The notes beneath the pieces are model-generated. The model ran no database searches, was not told the DNA's origin, and saw only the letters and a list, made by a program, of their open reading frames with translations. 64,000 bases of DNA from Lobosporangium transversale (lineage: Eukaryota), in contig NW_019028996.1 of NCBI RefSeq assembly GCF_002105155.1, positions 558,001 through 622,000 on the forward strand, read 5' to 3'. This document shows positions 48,012 through 60,053 of the stretch, in pieces. Made by a program: the position numbers and the translations under genes. Numbering within the stretch: position 1 is the first letter of the stretch; each line of letters opens with the position of its first letter.

Positions 48012-48072
48012 TGTCATTGTCATTGTCATTGTCATTCATTGTCATTGTCAGTGATCATTGGTCATTAGTCAC
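48012..48072. repeat. (GTCATT)n degenerate hexamer array in the GT61/PGM divergent intergenic region
   Basis: tgtcattgtcattgtcattgtcattcattgtcattgtcagtgatcattggtcattagtcac. Confidence 0.85.
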
Positions 48073-48356
48073 TGCCATCAGCTATTGATATTTATTATCA
48101 TTGTTCATTGCCATTGTTTTAGTTTTCTATATGCTTTAATGACTTCATTAAATAAAGACATGGGACACGATGGGACATGGATGAGACCATTGAAGTTATA
48201 TACTTAAGGGTCTCTGATACGCAACTAGTCTAATGCAGATCGGGCAATTAGATAACGACACCATTGGACATATTACATATAATTGCACCGTTGACCCATC
48301 GCGCGTCTTTCTTTTTTCTTTTCTTCATTCCACATTCGTCAACTTTTTTTTCACAA

Positions 48357-49879
48357 ATGGCCTCCATTCAGTCTATTCCAACAAAACCCTTTGAAGGACA
48401 ACGTCCCGGAACAAGTGGCCTTCGCAAGCGTGTCAAGGTCTTCCAACAGGAGCACTACACTCAAAACTTCATTCAGGCTACTCTCGAAGCCATTCCCACA
48501 GGTGCAAAGGGCGCAACTCTTGTCGTCGGAGGCGATGGGCGCTATTTCTCCCAAGATGCTGTTCAAATGATCATCCGTATCGCTGCTGGTAACGAGGCAA
48601 GTATATCCCCAAGTTACTCCAAAATGATGTCAATACCATGTCAATGTTTTATTTTTTATTTTTTCCTGGGAAAAGGAGAGTATTTCTTCAGCTCCGCATT
48701 CCTCTGCTTCTTGTCAATCGCGATCCTTTTATCCAGCAACATGACCACGATCGTCTTGGTCTTCAGAAGCGCAAATTTTCAAAGTACTAATAACCAGCTG
48801 GTGGTTTGATCTATGCAACCCTCCAAATATTAGGTTTCTAAACTCATCATCGGTCGAAACACCATCCTCTCTACTCCTGCTGCTTCAAATCTCATTCGCC
48901 TTCGCAAGGCTACCGGTAAGTTTAAAAAAAAAAAAAAAAAAAAAAAGGCGGGATAGTAATACGTTACCTTCATTGAGCCTGAGAAAGACGGAGAAAAGAA
49001 ACGGGAGAGGTCAACGGATCGACAATGAGATCATGAAGAGCAAGGATGAGTAAAAAAAAAAAAAAAAAAACTACGTCCTTGTTTTTTCCACAATGCAATT
49101 ACTGATATCAAACGTTTATTTTACATGTATTTTTATAGGTGGTATCCTCTTGACTGCATCCCACAATCCTGGAGGCAAGTGCTCTTACCCATTGCTCTAT
49201 TATTATTGCACATTACCCAAAAAAAAAAAAAAAAAACAGCGCTCACAGCCTGATATGAATTCTTTGGACCCAGCAAAGAACAATAGAATATCAGCAAAGC
49301 ACCATTGGTTGTTTCCACAACCTTTTTTTTTTTACTTTATTTTTGCGTTATCTCGACTTAGTTTTTTGGGGGATGGTCAGTGCTACACAAGGAAAACACA
49401 GAAAAGACTAAAATGGATCTGAATGACGAGATAAAAATAATTTCTTATCGAGTCTTGTCTCCACAAGTCCTAAAAAAAAAGCCCGCCTCAAACTTTGTAG
49501 CATGGACTGTCATTATTCTACTTTGTTTCGTTTTTATTTCTCCCCAAAGGTTCGTCCTTCCTTCACTAATCTTTTTTTTATTTTTTTTCTATTGTCTTGC
49601 ATTTGTGTTTAGGACCTGACAATGACTTTGGTATCAAGTACAACATGAGCAATGGTGGACCTGCTCCCGAGAGCGTCACTGAAAAGATTTATGAAATCAC
49701 TCAAAAGATTACTTCTTACAAGGAGATCGCTCTTGATCCTGTATGTAAACATTACACGTCTTTTCTTTGACTTCACTCCCCTCAGCACAACAGCTTCAAC
49801 AGGTGTTTAGAGTGATTGGGTCTCATTGAAATCGCATTGACCTCATTTTTGTCCCACATTCTTGTGTATTTTCTCACGC

Positions 49880-49915
<36 letters not shown>

Positions 49916-50888
49916 CCCTCTTCTCAAACAAAATGCTTTAGGTGGACCTGTCGAACGTTGGTACTCAACGCATTGGCAACCTGGAGGTCGAGATTGTCGA
50001 CTCTGTTGCTGACTACTTGGCCCTACTCAAGGAGATCTTTGATTTCGACCTCATCAAGAGCTTCTTGAAGAGCAACCCTGACTTCACAGTCCTCTTCGAT
50101 GGTATGCATGGTGTTACAGGTCCTTATGGTCGACAGATCTTTATCAACGAGCTCGGCCTTCCAGAGTCTTCGGTCATGAACTGCGTCCCCAAACCTGATT
50201 TCAATGGTGGACATCCTGATCCTAATTTGACCTATGCTCACGAATTGGTGGACCGCGTTGAGAAGGAGAATATTAGCTTTGGTGCTGCCTCTGATGGTGA
50301 TGGTGATCGTAACATGATTATTGGCAAGGGCGCCTTTGTTACACCATCAGATTCAGTGGCCATCATTGCTGCTCAGGCCGATGCCATCCCTTACTTTAAA
50401 CGCACTGGTATCAAGGGTCTGGCTAGGAGCATGCCTACTAGCACTGCATTGGACTTGGTTGCCAAAAAGAAGGGCTATGAGTACTTTGAAGTCCCCACAG
50501 GATGGAAGTTCTTTGGTAACCTTATGGATGCTGGCCGTCTTTCCATCTGTGGCGAGGAGTCCTTTGGAACCGGATCTGATCACATCCGTGAGAAGGATGG
50601 TGTCTGGGCCGTTGTTGGTGAGTCAAAATTCTTACTGTTGTGATTGTCTTGTATGTTGCCTTCCCAAAACCGTTAACAAGTTTTTTTTTTTTATTTTTTT
50701 TTAAAAACTTTCTGGGTGATAAAAAACAGCATGGCTTAACATTATTGCTGCTGCAAACCAGACCAAGCGCGCTAGCATCAACGATATCCTCCTGGCTCAT
50801 TACAAGGAATACGGACGCAACTTCTTTTCTAGGTAATGCATACTAGCGGACTTGCTTTTAATATATGTGTGTGTAAATACAATGGATT

Positions 50889-50919
<31 letters not shown>

Positions 50920-51487
50920 ATTCTTTTATTTTTTTTATTTTTTATTTTATTTTTACGCTTGAACAAAAAGATATGACTATGAAGAAGTTGATGCTGATGG
51001 CGCCAACAAGATGGTTGAGCGTCTTCGGTCTTTGGTGTCAACAGACCGTGCCAATTTGATCGGCAAGGATCTTGGTAATGGTTTTGTTGTCAAGGATGGA
51101 GATGACTTTGAGTACACTGATCCTATTGATAGAAGTGTCTCTAAGAAACAGGTAAAGCAGCTAAGCAGCGATTCAGGATAGCTATTTAGTTCGGTATAGG
51201 TTGAAGATGGTCGTTATCAATGTTTCTGGCAAGGCATTAACATTGTATTTAATTTTCAATAGGGAGTTCGTATTATCTTTGAGGATGGTTCGCGTTTGAT
51301 CATTCGATTGTCTGGCACGGGATCACATGGTGCGACTGTGCGTCTGTATGTGGAGAAGTATGAGTCCGACGCGAGCAAGTACCAGGACAAGACACAGGAT
51401 GCATTGCGACCACTGATTCAGGTAGCGTTGGAGCTTAGCAAGTTGACTGAATTCACTGGTCGCAAGGAGCCCACTGTGATCACATAA
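48357..51487 (+). CDS. PGM: Phosphoglucomutase
   Basis: Exons 48357-48596, 48834-48915, 49139-49174, 49613-49740, 49942-50617, 50730-50832, 50971-51151, 51263-51487. Motifs [25 protein letters not shown] (catalytic Ser), [15 protein letters not shown] and RLSGTG. Confidence 0.98.
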
Positions 51488-53238
51488 ATCCCGTGACTGT
51501 AGAAGTTTGAAGTACATGAGTGCATGTACATGTAGAAAAATGCAAAGATCTACTGTTGCAGACATACCTTAAGAAAAAGACACACAAGGTGATGTAGGTC
51601 TGGCATTTGTAAATAAATAAATAAATAAATATATAAATAATGATATATATACATGTATGAAGTATTAAAAAGGCGCGTGAATGAGACTTGGGGGTAACGA
51701 ACCGTTTCTTCGACTTTTACATTTCTATGGATGCTCTACTGGTATATATTTGAGTAGTTGACAAAGATGGTGACCGATTAGGTAAGGAAAGTGTCTTGCT
51801 CTCGTTAAAAAGGGTTTGAACTAGATCATGTCCATCTTGAGCATGTTGAACGCGAGCACACGACCTTTTTATTTTACGCCTCCTCTCTCTTTTTAGCAAC
51901 ACTCAAGAGGAGGCGCTGTTCTGTTTCCACAAATCATTTTGAACCAATGGATTTGGTGACAAAGAGATTCTTTTTTTTTTTTTTTTGTCCTTTGGGCTCG
52001 GCAATAGATCCTTCTAGTACCATCATAAACACACACGTCTCAAACAACAGCGTCATTGTCATCCCATTTATACACTCACTATACACTAAAAAAGGCTGAG
52101 TTGAAGATGAAGAGATAAGGTGGGCTGGGGGCTGGAATCTTGTCCATCTACAGTACATGAAAACCCGTGTTAGTGGTGAGGTAAAGCAATATCAGCAAAC
52201 TAAAAAATAAAAAAGTAAAAAAAAATCATCATTAATGTTCTTTCCCATGCTCATTTCGATGCAAAGACTAAAAATGTATAATAGAGGGCCACCTTCGACA
52301 TGAATAATAATGAATAAATAGACAGGCTTGAAAGGAACACAACAGATGTTTCCGACTTTATCGTTTAAGCCAAGTTGACCAGGCCTATAACAATGCAGAG
52401 CTTGGGGAAGACAGAAAGATTGATAGAAAGATTGACCAGCGAAGAGCTGAACATGTATAATCCACAGAGAGTGTAAAGAGTCTCTAGCATTTACTGCTGT
52501 GTTCATCCCAAAAGTTGTCAAGTTGCTTTATCTGCCTGGTCTGGAGCCTCTGACTTGTTCCCAGCCAAAGCCAATGGTTTTCTTTGTCTTTGGCATTCTT
52601 TTTTTTTCTTTATCCTCGTTGCCTTTGTTTCTTTGTTCATTCAGTTCAGTATTCATAGAATGTTCATGCGGTTGCGGTTGCTGAAAGAAACAAAGAATCT
52701 ATCGGTGATTTCAGTTTAATGCATGTGTTTGCTAATTTGAATGTTTACAATCACATTTAGGGCCTTTTTTAGGAACCAAAAAAAAATCTTGTTCATAGAA
52801 ACAGGAACAGTTTTCCATCTTTCATTGAATGGATTGATGGTGAAGGTAATTGCTCTCATTTTGCTGATTTCCTATTTGCTTGGTCTGTTTCCGTCCGGAC
52901 CATTCTCGTTTTGGCAGCTTTTGTTCTTATCAAGAGTAAAGGGCTCACAACCTTCCTGCTTTTTGCAGTCAAGGTACATGTATATTTTATAATCATCACC
53001 ATTCATCTCTTTTTTTCTTTTTTCTTTTTTCTTTTCCTTTTCTTTTCTTTTTTCTTTTCACTTCAGGTCATCCGTTCCCAACTCCTCAACCCCTCTTAAT
53101 CCTCCATATTTTCTTTTCTTCTCTCTTTGTTCAACAACATCTTTGCCGGCTCGATTCGATCCAATTGACTGACCGTTCGATCAAGAAATTGTTAAAGAAA
53201 GAGTTACTACTGATACAAGAGAAGCAACAGTAGCCACC

Positions 53239-55353
53239 ATGTATAATTATTTCAGGAGACCATCAGAATACTATCGCAGGGCTCGATGGTCCTACCCAGG
53301 TATAAAAAAAAAAAAAGAAAGAAAGAAAAAAAAGAGAAATGGACAAATTGGTCTGATCATTCTTTATCTTATTTTATTTATTTTATTTTTGCGTTATATT
53401 CCTCGCGTGGTTGAGGAGGATAAGAAGAATGCTTACATTGTTTAATACAGATACAACTGGAAAAAAAAAAAATTGGACAACAGGAAATGTTTTTTCTATA
53501 TTTTATTTTATTTTATTTTATTTTTCAACATCGTTGCAGAATCCAAGAGATTACCACAATCGTGGGAGGAAACATCAGCAAAAAAAAAAAAAAAAAAAAA
53601 AAAAAGAGGCGAGGCGATGGAAGGGGTGAGGGGGAACCGTGATTACTGCATTTATGGGATTTTTTAAATTCCGAGGAAGAAAAAAAAAAATTAGTGTGTG
53701 AAAACTTCACAGGGACCATTCTGGATGAGGAAAAAAAAAAAAAAAAAAAAAAAAAAGATTGGAATCCAGTCAACTGAAAGGAGAGGCACAATAGAAAGAA
53801 GACTTGGTTGGAATAGAACGATGTCTGGATCTTGTTCCCTGCAATTGTTGGTTACTGGTCTCGTTGTTACATTTGTGTGCCCGCGTTAGGATACTGAAAG
53901 ACTGACATTCTCATTTTTCTTTTTCCTGATGTCAATGGCAATTAGATACTCTCCGTGTTCGCGGTTCGGTCATCCCCACTGTCTTGACAGACGTGCTGAT
54001 CATCACTTCGTTCACGGCCACCATCCAGTACGTTGACAGTCTGCGTATCCTGCCCTTCCGTCTGGTCTTCCCTAGTGTTATTGGTAAGATTATCTCCCAT
54101 CTTTTGTTTACGTCCAATGGCAGAAAGACAGCCTTGGGAAGGAGAATTGACAAACAGATTATCAAGAGAAACTAACTAATCGCTTGTTATACCGCTCTTT
54201 CATTCTCTCTTTTTTTTTTTTTTTTTTTTTTTATCTCATAATAATACTGATCACTACTACAATAACATCAATCGATCATTATCACAACATTTATGATCAT
54301 TCTATATGACATCTAGCCCCTGCTCTGGGTGTGGTCGTCGGTTTGATTTTGGCCTTCCGTACCAACACTGCATATGATCGTTTCTGGGAAGGTCGTAAGC
54401 TCTGGTCTGCTCTCGATGTCCAGATCCGTAATTTCTCGCGCATGATCTGGGTCGGTATGAAGGAGACCCGCCACACTCCTGGCGCCACCCCTGGTGGTGC
54501 CAGCACTGTTTCTCTCACGGCCGCTGCAAATTCAAATACCCCCCCTGCTGCTTCTGCCTCTTCGAATGGTAGTACTTCCATTGGTGCTCACCTGTTTGGT
54601 CGTTCTCCCAAGCCCTTGCCTCGTGATCCCAAGGCCCCTCATAACGGCGTTCCAGATCCCCATGGCGATGATCATGAGAAGGTATTGGTGATCCGTTTGT
54701 TGTTGGCTTATGCTGTTGCGGTCAAGCATCATCTTCGTCAGGAATTCGGTGTCCGTTACTACGATCTTGAGTACCTCTTGCCTGAGGGCTTTGTTCCCTG
54801 TGCTGCAACAGACCATGTGGAAATTAAGGTGGTTCACGACAAGGCTCTGGGTGATCGTCACCGCCACTACAACGAAGATCCCTGGACAATCCACTCTGGA
54901 AATGACAATGGACAGATGTCGCTCCCCCTCGAGATTGCCTATGCTCTTTCGCTCTGGGTCATCAGCGAGTCGCGCGCAGGCAGGATTGAGAGCTCATTGA
55001 TTGGAAACTTGTTGGGATCTATTAACAGCATGACGGATATCTTTACCAACATGGAGCGTATTGTCTTTACGCCTATTCCTTTGGCCTACAGTATTCACTT
55101 GCGTCAAGTTGTGTACCTTTACTGCTTGGCTTTGCCTTTCACCTTCATCGAACTCTTGGGTTGGCACACCGTTGCCCTGATGGCTCTTGTCTCGTTTACC
55201 TTGTTCGGTATGGAGGGTATTGGTACGGAGATTGAGAATCCTTTCGGTAAGGATGCTAATGATTTACACATGGACGACTTTTGTAGAGAGCTCAAGCACG
55301 AGCTCGAGTACATTGTCAACCTCCGCAACACTGTTCCTGGTGCTCATGTTTAA
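53239..55353 (+). CDS. Bestrophin-family anion channel (bacterial/plant-type UPF0187/YneE/VCCN-like)
   Basis: Exons 53239-53299, 53946-54083, 54317-55353. 'LAFRTNTAYDRFWEGRKLW', 'MERIVFTPIPLAYSIHL' and 'GIGTEIENPFGKDANDL'. Confidence 0.92.
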
Positions 55354-55486
55354 CAAAGAAAACATAAGCAGGACCAAAGTGTTTTCTTAGAATGTTTTAA
55401 ATAAAAAAGTAAATATGAAAAAATAAATATTAAAATACATTTAGCCAGATCTATAAAAAATTGCTTTATTCCTTTATTTTATTTGA

Positions 55487-55624
55487 CTATTTCTCATGGG
55501 AACGAGCATTTTGAGGAAGCGTTCCTGGTTCTGAACGGTACTGAGTTGGCCCAGTTGGATTCTGAGCATACGCACCCAATTCTACCTGTTCATCGTCGCT
55601 CGCATGATCCTATTTCACGCATTG

Positions 55625-55655
<31 letters not shown>

Positions 55656-56596
55656 ATTAGTGTTAGGAGGCGGGAATAGAAGGTTACAATGGGTCTGATA
55701 GTATCCAGTGTATATCTTTTTTTCTCTTATACCTCGTCGCGGTATCGACTAGCAGGTAAACGCTCATCATCAAAAGAGGCGGCGACACGAGATTGCATCA
55801 ATGCAGAGGAGTGAGGACCATTTTCACCCGCAGTTAAGCCTGTTTCATCATCGTCCTCATCCTGACCGTTCAAGGTCATGAATGCACGACCGTCACCTCC
55901 ACGCTTCTGTCCTCCGAAGGAGTTGTGTTTACGGTAGAGAAACACACCCAAGGCGACAATACCAGCCATACTCAAAAAGCCTACAATGCCCATCCCAACA
56001 GCGAATCCTGGAGAAGAAATGCCTCCGTCAGTAGTGTCTTTGCTGTTGTTGGGTCCGTTGGGCACATTGGCTCCATCTTGATTTGTGGGTGGTGTCTGGA
56101 TGATGTTGGTCGTCTGAGGTTCGCCTTGAGGCAAGGCAGTCTTGGAGAGTTCGTGTTCATCATAAATACCAGGTTTCACATCCGAGAACATGCCCACGTA
56201 CTTCATACTTGCAAAAGCACCTGCAAACTCATGAACCTCGGATTGGAGAGAAAATTCATAGTCTTGGCATTGATCATCCAGATAGAAATTCAGAGCCATT
56301 TCGGGCTCCCCCGTGGTCATGGCATCGTATTCCCTTGGGAGCTGGAATTGAGCAGGGGTGGCACACTCATCCAACTTGAGTTTTGCTAAAAGATATCTAC
56401 CCTTGGCTTCATAGGTCAAATCCATTTCTGGATCGGAATCCTCAATATATTTGACATCACGTTTTGTGAAAGGTGTGATTGGCGCAGCAGAGAGGAGTGC
56501 TGGAAGAGTCAAAAGTAGGACCATTGTTGTAGACAGGGCCATCCTTGTAGTCCATGGTTTCCTACTTTGGTGTTGTTGTGAACTTGTATTGGTCAT
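55487..56596 (-). CDS. Uncharacterised type I membrane protein (paralog A)
   Basis: Exons 56596-55733 and 55609-55487 (GTATAA donor, CTAAC branch point, TAG acceptor, in-frame last exon ending ...SHEK*). Signal peptide plus KR site, small 2-Cys ectodomain, P/T/N linker, one TM followed by RKH, and an acidic tail. Confidence 0.8.
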
Positions 56597-57420
56597 AGTG
56601 CTGTAATATGTGTTGTTGTTGTTGTTGTTGTCTTCTGTTGATCGAGAGGACAAGGGGTGGAGGAAGAATGAGAGGAAGAAAGATGGAGAAAAGGGTTGGA
56701 TCAGGTCAAGGGGATGAACAAATGGATGGGTGAATGAGTGGATGGAAGGAAGGAAGAATGATAAAAAGGATGAATAAAAGAATAAAAGAATAAAAGAATA
56801 AAAGGAAAGAAGGAAGGATATGTGGGAAGATGGATGATTAATATTTTTAGCACAAGTTGGATGGTTGTCTGCAACACAGAACAGAGATACACACGAACAT
56901 ATTTTTATCAACGGTCGAACACTGCCTCCCTCTCTCTCTCCTCTGCTTTGCTGTATTGTCTATGCTCCTGTGTCAAGTCCCATATTTGGAGGGTCCGTAT
57001 TTATTTGCATTGAAAATATCTTGTCTATTCGACTATTCTCTGTCTACTCTGACTGTATTTATCCCCCATGTCACAGGTGTAATAGATCTTGTTCCTTGAT
57101 TCCATAGTCGGAAACAAACCCTTTCGAGGAAACCACTCCGAACACTTTAAAATCGGAGGAGGATTGATCATCACCTGCATGGAAAGGATTTCTTAGTTTA
57201 CATATCTCTGATCCATTTGTTCTTTCAACCTGTCTCACTGAGCCCCCCGTTCTTCTCTCTTTTGATTCTGATCCAAGGAGACCATTTCGCTAAGGTGGAT
57301 CTACGCTTCTCTTTCATTCTTTTGACGCTCCTCATTCTCAACTATGTTTTTTTGACTACAATACAAACTAGAGTCTGTTCTGGACTAAGCTGGATTTTGT
57401 CTTGACAAGAACAGCAGTCA

Positions 57421-57503
57421 GGAAAGGAAAGAAAAGGAAAGGAAAGGAAAGGAAAGGAAAGGAAAGGAAAGGAAAGGAAAGGAAAGGAAAGGAAAGGAAA
57501 GGA

Positions 57504-57505
<2 letters not shown>
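57421..57505. repeat. (GGAAA)n pentanucleotide microsatellite followed by a poly(A) run
   Basis: About 16 GGAAA units with one GAAAA variant. Confidence 0.95.
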
Positions 57506-57534
<29 letters not shown>

Positions 57535-57583
57535 ATTGACAAACACAGTAACGAAGAGATAAGCGAATTACTTCTATTTCTGA

Positions 57584-57618
<35 letters not shown>

Positions 57619-57640
57619 AATGCATGTTCTACAGTAAAAA

Positions 57641-58558
57641 CTAGACCCGTTCATCATTCTGGTATCGACCATTTTGTTCTTTCGGCTCTTTCGAGTGCTT
57701 CCGCTGCTGTCTTCTGAGGCTGGACGTGCTTCCTTCACTACTACTACCCGTGTGATCCGCCTCACTTTCATCTTCATCATCGTCATCCCCAATGAGCTCA
57801 AACGCATTTTCATCTCTGTTCTTTGTCGCCAACAAAATATCATCATCACGATCACCGACATTATCTTCACCTCTGCCCCCAGGACTTGCTCTTTTAAATC
57901 GAGTAGGGGATGGTATGAATCTCTTGAATTTGCTATCATCAACTCCCTTCTGTACTGTGCTCCAAAAAATAATTCCTCCTACCAACAACGTGATCAAGCT
58001 GCCGACGATTGCTCCAAAGAATGTTGAAAGATATGATTTCTCTCCTCCACCATTGTTACTGTGATTATTGTTGTCATTTCCATCTGGGTGGGGCGTATTT
58101 CCTGTTGATGGTACTCCCCCACCGTGTGCTGCATCTCCTTGTCCATGGATGGGTTCCTTCTCCACCAAGACGCCAACAGCATCTTCAGTCCATCCTACCC
58201 ACCGGAAAGACATGGCCGGACCTGGGTTCCCAATATAGTATCCATACAATCCATATGTAAAATCCTGACAGTTTCCATCCGTATAAAAATTGATCGTGGC
58301 ATTCTTGGGTGCAAATGTCAGATAGGCATAATCCGCTGGGGCTCTATTGGCACCCTCAAGTCTGAAACAGGTATTGAACTGCGCATCGACTGTTCCGAGT
58401 TCTTCAGTTTCGGATCTCGAGTACATGATGTTGACTAGTTGCCCCATGGCAGGAGGAGAGCGATCTGCTAAGGATGAGTCCTGTGCTTCAACTTTGAAAA
58501 TGTTGCAACTCAATGCCACTAGGGCCATTACTACAACCGTAGTGGATGATGGATGCAT
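57641..58558 (-). CDS. Uncharacterised type I membrane protein (paralog B)
   Basis: Intronless from ATG 58558. Signal peptide MHPSSTTVVVMALVALSC, 2-Cys ectodomain with NFYTDGNCQD, G/N linker, TM FFGAIVGSLITLLVGGIIFW, and an acidic tail. Confidence 0.8.
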   Translation of the reverse strand: MHPSSTTVVVMALVALSCNIFKVEAQDSSLADRSPPAMGQLVNIMYSRSETEELGTVDAQFNTCFRLEGANRAPADYAYLTFAPKNATINFYTDGNCQDFTYGLYGYYIGNPGPAMSFRWVGWTEDAVGVLVEKEPIHGQGDAAHGGGVPSTGNTPHPDGNDNNNHSNNGGGEKSYLSTFFGAIVGSLITLLVGGIIFWSTVQKGVDDSKFKRFIPSPTRFKRASPGGRGEDNVGDRDDDILLATKNRDENAFELIGDDDDEDESEADHTGSSSEGSTSSLRRQQRKHSKEPKEQNGRYQNDERV

Positions 58559-58760
58559 CTTTTTTTTTTTTTTTTTTTTTTTTTTTTCTTTCGTTCTTTC
58601 CTTTTTCCTGTATGGCCTTGATTCTAGATCGTGATGGGATGTTTTGTGTTTCCTGCTGTTTATTGTTGTCACATGAGTGAAGAAGACATGTGTAAGAGAG
58701 ATGTGTAAGGAAGAGAAATGTGTTTAAAAAAAAAAGTTGGTTTGTGCTTAAATTTTATTT

Positions 58761-59153
58761 TCATAGTCTAGCTATTGCATCCAAATACCTCCTTGTCTCT
58801 CTCGCAATTTCGAGTTCCCGAGCGTGCTTGCGCTTCTCTTGGATGAGTTCAATGAGGGTGCGACCAAGGGTAGAGCGAAAGTCTGACTCGGAGGGACAAG
58901 TAGCCCAGATACCCAGGACGAGAGGATGTTGCTTTCCAGTAAGCTGAATGAATGAATTATTAGCGGTAGCGGCTACTTTCTTGGTCGAGTCGCTGAGTAA
59001 TCTGGGTTGAGATGGAGAAAGTTGGGTTTGATTCTGCTGTTGGTTGTAGTGCCTACGTACTATATCCAAAGCAGCAACCACTGCCTTGATCTGCTCCGAG
59101 AGCTCTTCAAGAGCACGATTGTTCAAATAATCAGACGAGGTTGTCTTGGACAT
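58761..59153 (-). CDS. Hypothetical 130-aa helical/coiled-coil protein
   Basis: Clean ATG-to-stop ORF with GC content higher than its flanks and two amphipathic helical segments separated by a Q/S linker. No family recognised. Confidence 0.55.
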   Translation of the reverse strand: MSKTTSSDYLNNRALEELSEQIKAVVAALDIVRRHYNQQQNQTQLSPSQPRLLSDSTKKVAATANNSFIQLTGKQHPLVLGIWATCPSESDFRSTLGRTLIELIQEKRKHARELEIARETRRYLDAIARL

Positions 59154-59484
59154 GATGAAAAAGGAACAAAGAATTATTTTTGTTGCTTTTTTTTATCCCG
59201 TTACCCCAGTGTGGCAGTGCTCCTTGATGTTGGATTATTTTAGTCACGTGGAGAGGGCTCACCACCAACTATTTGACGAGCAACAGTTCAGGAAACTGGT
59301 TCCTTCTTTTGCACAAGAACCATTGGAGTACTGACTGTTCTCGTTCTGTCTTTTGTATTGTGTTCTTTATTTGTCTTCAAGAACTATTTTATCTATCTGA
59401 AGCCGGAAGTGACAGGCTTCAAACAGACCAAACCTCTTACATATTTAATCAGCTCCTAAATTTTCCAGCAACATGTGGGCACAG

Positions 59485-59601
59485 CCAGAGGGTCAAGCTT
59501 GTCGCTCTTTTGGCTAGACCTTTTCAAATATAAATGGTCTTAACAAAATATTTATAATTGAAAAGGACTAACCAAAAAGAGCGACAAGCCTAATCCTCTG
59601 G
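59485..59601. repeat. Long imperfect inverted repeat (fold-back hairpin, ~50-bp arms, 14-nt loop)
   Basis: Left arm ccagagggtcaagcttgtcgctcttttggctagaccttttcaaatataaat (59485-59535) pairs with right arm atttataattgaaaaggactaaccaaaaagagcgacaagcctaatcctctgg (59550-59601). Confidence 0.92.
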
Positions 59602-60053
59602 GCACAGCACATTTGCATTTACAAATTTGATAGGTATGGCACGTGCCATTCCAGAGAAAAAAAAAGCATTTAATTGTTGCATCATAGGTCTCAAGTTTCT
59701 CTTGGTCAAAGAAGACACGCAATGAATGCGATGATATGATGATATCCAACGACATGTCTATTCAATCTGTTTCCTTATCTCTCTCTTCCTTTATCTCTCT
59801 TTCTCTCTCTCTCTTTTTGTTCTTCCTTGCTTCAATCACTCACCCTAGATACAACGCCTGTATATACTAAACTCCATTGTCTTGTGCATACTTTCGTACC
59901 AATAACTGCTATTAACTATTGATCAGTCTAATAATCAAAGAAAGCAGCCATTGAAGCGTGCTTTCATTTTTGGCATCCTCTTTCCCGATCCACACCCTTG
60001 TTATTTGAATCTGAATTATTGTCTCAAGTCTACATAAAAAGAAGACGATCACC

